A DNA stretch of 64,000 nt from Phoronis australis (taxonomy: Eukaryota; Animalia; Phoronida): the NCBI GenBank assembly GCA_002633005.1, contig NMRA01000488.1:222194-286193 (forward strand). Reading direction: 5' to 3'. Shown here in pieces: positions 30,201 to 42,200 of this stretch (positions within the stretch are counted from its first letter, which is position 1; each line of letters begins with the position of its first letter). Below the pieces are notes generated by a model. The model was given only the letters and a program-made list of their open reading frames with translations, searched no databases and was not told where the DNA came from. The position numbers and the translations under genes are program-made.

Positions 30201-33200
30201 ACGGAAACTCCCGAAAAAATTGAATTTTCTTGATTTTGGAATTTATAACAAGGGCAATTTTGGCATTCACAAAAATTCTCAAATTTCGGACAATGCGTTT
30301 TCAATCTGCGAAGTGGGTAATTTTGTCATCTTTCCGGTGATTCTTGAATTCAGACGGCCATTATTGTATATTTCTACAACTTGGGCGAAGCTACAAGGTT
30401 GATCAACATTTCACTGTCCCAAATTGGAGAATTTTTACAGTAAATACCAAAGGATGCCTTTTAAAAATATGGAATCTACAATGTGGAAAAGCGTGAATAA
30501 CTCTCATGCAAACAAAACTGGACCTCACAGTAGTCACAAAGTCCACCTGATGGCTATGTCATCATCATAAATTTGGTTGCTTCAAGGGAAATATCTTGAT
30601 ACATTTGAGTAAACCTTGAAATGACACCTGAAGTATCTAGATTGTCTGTGGATTACTTGGCTCAACACACAGAGGCCTCTTCATGGAGATGTGCAAACAC
30701 CATCAAATTGTAAGGCGTTCGATATAGAAACAACGCATGGATGGTCTTTCAAATCACATGTATTCTGGATAAATGAAAACTCTAAATTCACTTGTTTAGG
30801 ACCAAAATATGACAAAATGCCAGGGCAACAAAGGCATTTTTTGTCATTAAAGAACTCTTTTATTTAGGACATCCATTTCCTAGTTGCGATACTGGCTTAT
30901 TGCTGTCAGGGGAGCTTTGAACTTTTTGTCAGCAAAAAAGGCATCCTCCTTACGAATGTATTTCCCTGACATTAGACAGAAAAATCAATTCTTATTTCTT
31001 TATGATCAAATATCAAAAAATCCTGTTTTTGTTACAAAATTACAAATTGGCTCTAAAATAATCTCTTTCAAACTGTATTAAAGGAAGAGAACTGTAATCT
31101 ATTGTATGAGTATCGCAATGACCAATTTAGGATACAAAATGGCAAACAAGTGAAAGTTTCTTTCTTTTCACTTTTAAATAAACTGGAAACAGCAGGTAGT
31201 AAATTCTTTGTCAATTTCACGTTATATACAACAGCAACCAATAGACACGTTTTGAGAAACTGCTGGAAATCAGAACAATGAATCGTACAACAAACGGTCG
31301 ACTTTAAAGATTTTTTTGTCTGAAATTGGCCAGGTGAAATTTTACCATACACAGAAAATGAAGGCAAATAACGTTGCAAACGTGACAAGGGTGACAGGTA
31401 GCTGTGACACTACCCACTTACAGGTGACTTGTACAATTATTGACTAAAAATTGAATTAATATCACGCGCAAATTGTACAGCAAGACTTGGCAGTGAAAAA
31501 GTTGACTTTGATATCATACCGAAGTGAAACTAGATCCAAGAAGGAGGAAGAGAAATTGTATGTCAAATGCGGTCCCACCACGTTCGTTTCAGTCTCGATA
31601 TGAATACGAGCTTTTGTATGCTTAGTGACAAGAGCCTTACCATATCTGGCTAAGAACGAGCAACGACAAGCGCGACTGTAGAAAGAAATCCCTGATGGAG
31701 TCACCTACAATAACATAAAAAGTGAAAATAGAGCAGTAAATATAAATGGGATTTACTACAGGCAGTGATAGATGTGCAGCAATATTCAAAGTAAGATGAC
31801 CTCAAACCAGTTTTCACATATGCAGCACTTAAACGGACATATTGTTGGAGGGGGTAGGCTTCTTGGGGCTATGCTTTGACCAGAGCTATAAAACAACAAA
31901 ATGCCACTTCTCATTGTAGTCTGCCAGATTCGTAGCAATCTAGACTGATGACTTTACTAGTTATATATATGCTTAAACTGTTCCGCTTTTCATGTGGTAT
32001 TTAGGCTCTAACAGCAGACTTAATTAAGCAATGACCACGAAGGTTCCAGGTTCGATTCCGCGCTGCGGNCCAAGAATGAAGGTTAATTTACAGGAAATTT
32101 AGAAAAGGAGACTTAGCCACTTTGTAGTTAAGAATTTTGCCTCCATGAGTCATCACCACTAATTTTTGATCTTACAGAGAATTATATTACAAGCCATGAT
32201 GGCTGGAAGCCAGATTCATTGTTATAGTAATCTCCCCTGATGATCGAGAATGAAGGGAAATTAACAGTAAAGTTAATAACGTAGCTAAGCCACTCTGTAA
32301 TTAAAAATTTGTCGCCCTAATAGCATTACCAGTCTTTTTAGCCGTCAACAAAATAATTCATCTAACGCGGAAATAGTACTTTGTCTGATTATGTTTGTCT
32401 TGTACTTTTTGGTGAAGGACATCAGAAAGATAAGGCATTTAAATATTCAGTGCTTGTTATTTTTAAAGAAAAAAATACAAAATTTCAGTTGCACACCACC
32501 ATATTGCTTCCTAAAATGGTGACATTTTACCATATTTTTATTGCTATTTTGCAATACATTTTGGACAGCTAGTTCACAATAATGCTCGAAAATGACAGAA
32601 CCATTAACCAAAACATGTCACGCTTAAAATGCGGTTTTTGAATTCTAAACATTAAATCAGTATTGACTCGCATATACCTTAGAAAAACGGAATCTTATAT
32701 TGTGACAGCCTGTCCAAGTAATCTGTGAACAAACAATCATTACGTGCAAACATATAGAGAGTGAGTGCACGCATGCAAGTGTGTTTACTGCCAAACTAAG
32801 CTTAATGTTCTCTTAAGTGAGTCACACACATCCACAAAATAATCCCCGACTGTGTCAAGCTCCTCTCCACAAAAATGATGCTTAAATAATAGTTTTGTAA
32901 TGCAGTCATTTTCTTGGATTTAATGTTTTCAATTGACCACTACCATGATGCAGAAATCTGTTATAAGCTTTGTCCACGTTTGGTTCATAGAATGATTAAG
33001 TCTGGACAGAATATGTGTGACTAGGTAGTCTTACATCTATGCTGAAACATTAACTAAACTTCTAATATCAATGGAAGCTGAGTTTCCAGTATAAGCCTAT
33101 TGTAAAAGGCAGTTTTTATTTATTGTTGTCATTGTACTTTTAGTTGAATAAACAAATGACACTCTCTAATAAAGGTGATGACCAGAGAATGTCTGAAATC

Positions 33201-36200
33201 AATAAACTCCGCACATTTTGAAACGAAGATTTGAGATGATTATACCAGAATCTTAAAAATACCACTGACATAAGACAAACCATACAATCATAAAAGCAAA
33301 GAAAACTTAAATCCCTGGTGTCACTCGCACAAACTAATCTATGCAGTCATAACACAGTAAAAGCTACTTTAACAAGAAAACAAAAACCTAAACAGCAACA
33401 AAATACTTGAAACCACGATATGTATTTGCAGGACCTTTTAAACTTCAAAACAAAGACAGGTTCTGAGTAGTATGAACGACAAATTAATCAAAGCCCATGC
33501 TAATAATGACTAGCGTTCAATGTCTTCTAAAGCTGAACACAAATAATTCCCAAATAAGACACGACTTCTCTTCAAAATGTTGTGTTGAACTTACACTCCG
33601 GTAGATCAACTTGCAAGGTCAATGCCGTTGACAATCTTTTTAAAAAAGCACCACCAAAGTTTTGATAGGTGTTCATACCTGACAAGTCTGAAGGCTGGCA
33701 ACCCTCTCCTGAATGAGTTTTAATCTGAAAGATCAAACAAGCAAATGTGTACGGTGAACAAACAAGTGATAAGATAACTCCTTGTCAGGTACTCTAACTG
33801 GCAGTGTATTACAAGCAGTGAAACAACGGCAGACAACAGAACTACACTGACCGAGCCAGTGGTAAATCGCCTACTAATTAGTGCAGTAATGCTAGCTGTA
33901 AAATACACGTGCAGGAGGTGTATTGATCCTTATAGACAGTGAGAGCGAAGAAAGGAAATTGATTATTTATTTCAAAGCAGAGAAAACATTTAAAAATCTG
34001 TAATTAATGACAGTTTCTTTACTTTGGGGGCCTGAAACCCGACACAAAAAACGAGTTTCGGAAATTTTTGTTTGAGAGACGGGCATTTTTACTTAATGAG
34101 ATAATTTTCATGATCTTGAAGACATTCATTTGCACTTTTACTGAATAAATATTCCTACATTTTAGATCGTTAGTTTGCTAATTCTTCACCCATTGAGCAG
34201 ACTGTGTGGTAGACAAGTGAAATTATATACAATAAAATCTCACCAATTCAAAACGCAATTTTTGCAACAAATTTTATGTTTAGGGAAGTTGTAGACATGC
34301 ACAATGTTAGACACGTTTGAAAAATGAAAAAAGATTAATTTTTCCAATTATTTTGTTCGTAATTGGATAAATTTTATTGTATTCCAATTTCTCATAATAT
34401 TCTTAACGCAGAAAAACAATAAGTCTTAGAGTCATCATCTATGTAGACCTACCTAATTCTGTTGCCAGCTGGCGTATTGGCTGGAGGCTGGTAGCCTGGC
34501 AACAACGCTGAGACATTAAAATTGGCATTCTTCAAATCAAAGCCTGTTGAAATAACAAAATAAACTACATTTAAGTTTTGCACACCACTGCAGCACTAAT
34601 GTTATCAACGCAGTGAGTTTACTTCAAATTTACTCTACTTGACAAAAATATGACACCAATGAATAAAAAACACAAAATTTCCCCAAAGCCAATTGACGAA
34701 AAGAACTAATCAAAGCTCCAGATCACCAGGATATTGAAAATGCTACGATCATCCTCCATGACAGCCGACGAAATTCATTGCTGCAGAAAGATGGTTTTCC
34801 TATGAGCTACAGACACGGTGCAACGATTTATGGCAAACGAACAACGAAAAGGATTTGCGAGATAAAAATCATGTTGTCGCCCTAATGATCAGTTGAGAGA
34901 TATAGTTCGTAAGAAACAAGCCCTAAAGCAAAATGAAGTCAATTCACCTTCCTAAAGTGTCACAAATATTTTAGTGTCCGGTGTGTTAGATTAACAAACA
35001 AATATACGAAACATTTACAAGTTACATCAAGTGTGACTAAGAGAAATGTGACAACATCGACAAGACTCATGCATTTTAATTCCCATGATGCACCACACAA
35101 CCAGCGGACACTAACAAAACTTTACACTGTCTAATCACTTTAAGACATTTTTTGTAATATTATTGTCATTGGTGCTATGGAATAGTTTACCAGCTCATCT
35201 GAAATATCACAGAAATAAAGTAATGTTCGAACCCCAAGAGCTAGCTGTTTCAATCCGAGTCAAGCTCACCCGACACGACTGGGTTCATTGTAATCAATGA
35301 ATTCGCTGAAAGGCTTGGAATCGTGGAGATATTACTATGCTGGGCACTTAATTTTTTCAACAGGGCACTTTATGATTGTGCGTTTGCATACCGCAAACAG
35401 TTTCAGCACAAAATCATGCGGAATACATTAGAAAGAATCTGTTGTTTTAGTACGCCGGGGTGCAGGGGACTTCCGTCACAGGTTCTATCCATTTGTGGGA
35501 CTTAGCAACAGTAACAGTGTAGATTGTGGCCTAAATCAGTTTGCGCAAAAACCTGGTTTAATTTATCTCACTAAATATAGCATTTTCATAGCACAGTTGC
35601 TGCTATCAGTTGCTTTATTAATAAAGACACTACCAAATTTAATGAAAATAGGGTTCTTATCTGATAGTAGGCGATGGCTGATTGACATCAAAATCGTGCA
35701 GAATATCTCAAAATGACAGAATCAATTCTGACGATTAACTCACAAACGTACAAAGAATGAATGCCACACATTTCAAATCAAGTCTTTAGACACCCAAAGA
35801 ATATCAGCAAACCTTGGCTAACATCATTTCTAAATAAGAAGACATACCTTGGCCAATTAATTGCACTAGATGAGAAAATATGGCAAATTCTGGCATCCGT
35901 AATCTCTGGTCAGCTTTTGTGGCAGACAATCGCCATAGACGCTGTAACTTGTCTTGGGGAACGTTGAAAGAATTTAAGATTCCCAAAAAATTAGCACCTG
36001 AAAGGGGAGAGACTAGTGCAACTAGAGACACCTATTGGAAGAAACAACAACACATCTGTGTAACAACCAACAGAGACAGCCAGCATATCTAAAAATCCAG
36101 TCAACAATTTTCCAACAGAAACCTAAAGAGAACTTTGTTATGATGTCTGGTGAAACATGTTTTTTCTATGGTTTTTACAAAACAACTCTACATTTACAAC

Positions 36201-39200
36201 AATAACTAACATTTCATAACAAAAAAACAAAAATGAATGTGGTATATATGCCTGATCTGTTGCTGAAATCTGACCAAAGTTTTATTTTGTGATCACACAG
36301 TTGAGAAGCTGTAACAACAAACTGCAGTATCTATCAACTTAGAGGAGGAGTTTACATAAATTATATAGTCATTTTGTACCCTTGAAAAATACAACTAAAA
36401 TCTTAAAAACATTACACAATAATTAGGAAAACTAACATCCAAACACAGAAGTTCCCAATATCAACGGCTTTGATATGTTTCCATAGTTACCTTCATTGCA
36501 CAATTTCTTGAATGCTTCTTTGAACTCAGTCAAACTGGCCTTGCATATAACTGGCACATCTACATTCCTGACATCTGGTGGAAGGCTGTGAGGCAGTGAC
36601 TGGGGTAATTTTCTCCCCTGTACTTTGCCACAACATAGGTGAGCAGCCGACATAAATTCCCTGACATCCAAAAGGTTATCCAAGGTCTCATCGGCAAGAT
36701 TCCTGTAAAAAAACATGAAAATACTAATAAAGGCATAGACATGGATTTTTCCATGCTTTATAAACATTTAAGTTCATAAAACTTGTAACGAAATTAAAAG
36801 CGCATGCCATCGCTTTTATTGCCCCGTCAGTACAAGCTGCTGATACAAGACACACCATAAGTTGAAGACAATCTCATATGCAAGTCATATTGATGAATGC
36901 GTGACACTCTTTGGCCAAGACAGGGTCTTTAGATAATTCAAAAGGGAACACAGCAGGAATGTAGCTCCTTATACCATAGCCCCCATAGACAAACATCGAC
37001 TCACCAGAGTTGTTTGTTCATGATGTCAGATGGCATAAATCTACTACCTTGTCCATTTGTGGAAGGTGTTACTAGTGAGCTAACAGATTAGCCTGAGAAA
37101 GTTTGTCCATCATGTATGAGACTTTTCAAATCATAATTTGAGGCTGCGTAGCCGGGATCCTACCTCTTCAAAATAATATTGAAAATGCCTAATCTATGCA
37201 ACAAATTCTTGAAAAGTTTGTGACTTTCCTCCAGCAACACATGCACAGAATGACTTCTTAACACTTCCACAATAACACTGGAGCAAGTTTACCGTGTGGA
37301 CGTACACCTGAACCGCGGCAAATTGACCCTTGAGAGAATTACTTGCACTGGGGCAACTGCTAACAGGACATGGTAACAGTTATTGTGTAAACATGACATT
37401 CTAAAAATTCTCCAATTTGGGAACATCTCTACTGGGACACGGAAACTCCCGAAAAAATTGAATTTTCTTGATTTTGGAATTTATAACAAGGGCAATTTTG
37501 GCATTCACAAAAATTCTCAAATTTCGGACAATGCGTTTTCAATCTGCGAAGTGGGTAATTTTGTCATCTTTCCGGTGATTCTTGAATTCAGACGGCCATT
37601 ATTGTATATTTCTACAACTTGGGCGAAGCTACAAGGTTGATCAACATTTCACTGTCCCAAATTGGAGAATTTTTACAGTAAATACCAAAGGATGCCTTTT
37701 AAAAATATGGAATCTACAATGTGGAAAAGCGTGAATAACTCTCATGCAAACAAAACTGGACCTCACAGTAGTCACAAAGTCCACCTGATGGCTATGTCAT
37801 CATCATAAATTTGGTTGCTTCAAGGGAAATATCTTGATACATTTGAGTAAACCTTGAAATGACACCTGAAGTATCTAGATTGTCTGTGGATTACTTGGCT
37901 CAACACACAGAGGCCTCTTCATGGAGATGTGCAAACACCATCAAATTGTAAGGCGTTCGATATAGAAACAACGCATGGATGGTCTTTCAAATCACATGTA
38001 TTCTGGATAAATGAAAACTCTAAATTCACTTGTTTAGGACCAAAATATGACAAAATGCCAGGGCAACAAAGGCATTTTTTGTCATTAAAGAACTCTTTTA
38101 TTTAGGACATCCATTTCCTAGTTGCGATACTGGCTTATTGCTGTCAGGGGAGCTTTGAACTTTTTGTCAGCAAAAAAGGCATCCTCCTTACGAATGTATT
38201 TCCCTGACATTAGACAGAAAAATCAATTCTTATTTCTTTATGATCAAATATCAAAAAATCCTGTTTTTGTTACAAAATTACAAATTGGCTCTAAAATAAT
38301 CTCTTTCAAACTGTATTAAAGGAAGAGAACTGTAATCTATTGTATGAGTATCGCAATGACCAATTTAGGATACAAAATGGCAAACAAGTGAAAGTTTCTT
38401 TCTTTTCACTTTTAAATAAACTGGAAACAGCAGGTAGTAAATTCTTTGTCAATTTCACGTTATATACAACAGCAACCAATAGACACGTTTTGAGAAACTG
38501 CTGGAAATCAGAACAATGAATCGTACAACAAACGGTCGACTTTAAAGATTTTTTTGTCTGAAATTGGCCAGGTGAAATTTTACCATACACAGAAAATGAA
38601 GGCAAATAACGTTGCAAACGTGACAAGGGTGACAGGTAGCTGTGACACTACCCACTTACAGGTGACTTGTACAATTATTGACTAAAAATTGAATTAATAT
38701 CACGCGCAAATTGTACAGCAAGACTTGGCAGTGAAAAAGTTGACTTTGATATCATACCGAAGTGAAACTAGATCCAAGAAGGAGGAAGAGAAATTGTATG
38801 TCAAATGCGGTCCCACCACGTTCGTTTCAGTCTCGATATGAATACGAGCTTTTGTATGCTTAGTGACAAGAGCCTTACCATATCTGGCTAAGAACGAGCA
38901 ACGACAAGCGCGACTGTAGAAAGAAATCCCTGATGGAGTCACCTACAATAACATAAAAAGTGAAAATAGAGCAGTAAATATAAATGGGATTTACTACAGG
39001 CAGTGATAGATGTGCAGCAATATTCAAAGTAAGATGACCTCAAACCAGTTTTCACATATGCAGCACTTAAACGGACATATTGTTGGAGGGGGTAGGCTTC
39101 TTGGGGCTATGCTTTGACCAGAGCTATAAAACAACAAAATGCCACTTCTCATTGTAGTCTGCCAGATTCGTAGCAATCTAGACTGATGACTTTACTAGTT

Positions 39201-42200
39201 ATATATATGCTTAAACTGTTCCGCTTTTCATGTGGTATTTAGGCTCTAACAGCAGACTTAATTAAGCAATGACCACGAAGGTTCCAGGTTCGATTCCGCG
39301 CTGCGGTTATCTCAGAAAGTTATTTTTCTTGCTGATTATGTCAGTTTAAGGTAATGTAGGACCCTTCCAAATTTGTCTCTAAGTTCGGAATGCCGTATCT
39401 CAGATCTGGCAGATTGAATTCCTATGAAACTTTCACACATTATACTCTAAGCAATGTTCTCCACAATTCTGAGAGGTTATCCAAAATAGGATTTTTACGA
39501 AAAAAGTCAACAGTTGCAAGAAACCAAGATATTTAAGAAAACGGCAACAGCTTTTTGTGCTTTCATTTTCAACGTTTAAATCAAATGAAATTTGGCCCTA
39601 AGGTGAAATCTCACCAATTCAATACACAATATTGCATAAAATATATGTAGCATCAAACTAAATCTTTCCATGATCAAGTTCTGTACCACTGCTATCATCA
39701 GAAAAAATATCTTGAAAAATTGTGGGCTTTTACAATAGCGTTAAAACTTCTTGAAAAACAGAGAAAGGGCAATTTTGGCAAGTACTTTTGTTCGAAACTG
39801 ATGAGAATTTACTGTTATTTTCCTAAGAATGGACTTTGTTGCTAAATTTCACAACAAAGACATCGCCATATGATCTAATTAATGACAGAATAATGTACAG
39901 TTGAAATTTAAAGTTTACAAGCTTTATTTTCAAATACGGTATACTTTTACAGAATTTATTTCAACGATTTTGCACATATTTGGCTAAACGCAGACTTGTC
40001 GATAAGGGGCCTGTTCCAAGAAACTGACTTATGCTCATTTTTGACTTAAGTTTAACATTTGTCTTAACTTCCAAACTTTGAAACTTCCACATTCGTTAAG
40101 TTTGTCAAAATTAAGACAAAATTTTTGTCAAACTTAGATCTGTTTCTTGAATTGGTTTTGAGACAAATTTAACTTTTATTTTTAAATTTTCTAAAATTTA
40201 AGATTTGTCTTAGCTAAGTCAATTTTGTTGGAACGGGCCCAAGGTCCTCCATAACCTCTAAGATCTGCTCCATAACTTAGAACGAACAATTTCCATTATT
40301 GGACGGTAAATTCTCACCAATATCAGCCATAAATAATTACCAAAAAATTTTCAAGGGATTATACCACTGTTGTTAATGCCTGAAATTTTTCAGAAAATTG
40401 TGGTGGTAGACTGGTAGCTTTAGTACATAACTTGAACGTGCAATTTGGAGCTGCTCATCTCTTATGGAAAAATGAGAAAATAAATTTCACTTCTCCATCG
40501 TATTGCGTCTTAAATTGGAGAGATTTTACAGGAACTACCCAGTGACATCACATCAATCATAATTAGATTCAATGCTGCTTGATAAAGAAAACATTTTACA
40601 TAAAAGTAAAATCGTAGGCATGTACCTCAGAAAAACTGAAACTGGGGACCATTGGTGTACAAATGCAAAATAAGGGTGGGACTTTATCCGAATGAGAAGT
40701 CAGGTTATCAAAATAAAGCTGTATCAAGTCATTTTATGTGAAAGTTGAACACTGGTTAAATGCAGACAATGTACTGCTAGTCAGTTAGCAGCGAGCCAAT
40801 TACAATCTTTATTGGAATTGAACTAGACATTCACAAAGACATGGTGTTTCATAGAAACAAATTTGATGACTGCATGAATTGAGGAAGGATACAAGACAGA
40901 GCGCAAGTGTTTAAAAGAGAAAATTTGGAACATTCGGAGTTAGGCATTAATCCAAACTAGGTGTTAAAGCACACTAATACAGTACGTCAAAAATGCTAAA
41001 TAAATCGGAAAGAAATAATTGTAAACAAGGAATGGTAATGGTAAAAATGCTCCACTTTGGGATAGAGGAAAAAATATTTTCAAACCTTCTGAATCAAAAA
41101 ATGTACGGGTACACCATTTCAGGGATATGATACATGCAAAAAAAACGCCCAGGAAAATTCAATATTAGATCGTCCCATATTTTGAAGACTTCCAAACTAC
41201 AGAATGTTGACCTCGTTCAAACTAAGTCGACCTTGTCCCGTAATTCAAACAGTAGAACCTACCTGAGAGAAACCCTTCAACCGGGCCCAGCTCATGAAAG
41301 AGTCGCATGTAATAACAAAACTCATCGTCACTTATTGGCAGCCATTCTGAAAGACAATAATGTACTCCATTATGAAAATTTGTCAACTTGCGACATCACT
41401 AGCCACAGATTACAACAGAGTTACAGCCTCAGGGATCCCTTCCGAGAAATGTGGCTATAGCTACGTGGCCTCAAGTATATGGACCAATTTGGAGGACCTA
41501 TGTGCCATGTTATTTTTGGTCCTTTTTTGCTTCCAATTTTAATGTGCCCGTTGGCCCAGTTAAGTAATCCCAGAGTGTCAATGAAATTTTTTGCACTAAT
41601 GACGCGAGGCGTGCTCCTAAAATTATCTCTGGAGCCAAAAATACAATATTAAAGTCACTGTTGCCAAACTGTTGGTATCTTACAAGACTACAAAACAGAG
41701 AACTTTTCTGAAATAAACAAGATCCATGTTTGCTTCAGGAAGGTTCTGATGTCTCGTAATCTGAAAAAATTTAAAGGAAGGCTTAAAAAATTTTTCATGC
41801 ACGATGACTAGATCTTAATTTTAAACAATTGATCCAATAACTGAATGGCCCCGTGACTGACTTTGACCGATTACATATGTTAATAGCACCCACGTCTTCA
41901 AATCAAGGATATGCTTTTATTTTTGCTACAGACAAATTAATATAAATGTATCCCAAAACCCAACGCCTCACAGGCAACACCGTCCTAGGCATACGGAGTG
42001 TGTCCTCTGCCGTTAGGGTAGAAGAGAATGGAGATGATACGTGCTGCACATCATCAATAACAGTATACAGTTGCATACCTTCGGGTAATAATTTCAGGTA
42101 ATAACGCTCTACCATGGCTAAAAACACAGTGTGCTGCAGCCGTGATACTTCAGTGGCTGTGAAACAAAGTTATGAAGACTAGAAATATCAGTACAGACCT

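Larger units (their letters stand above)
24804..39306 (+). repeat. 7.24-kb direct tandem duplication (24804-32068 / 32070-39306) joined by a single N
   Basis: Identical ORF sets offset by 7238 bp. N at 32069 lies exactly at the junction. Confidence 0.97.

Noticed and set aside
26441-38942. Four-EH-domain protein from tandem exon duplication
   Set aside because: Phase mismatch (0 to 1) between the copies and an N at the junction indicate a probable assembly duplicate.
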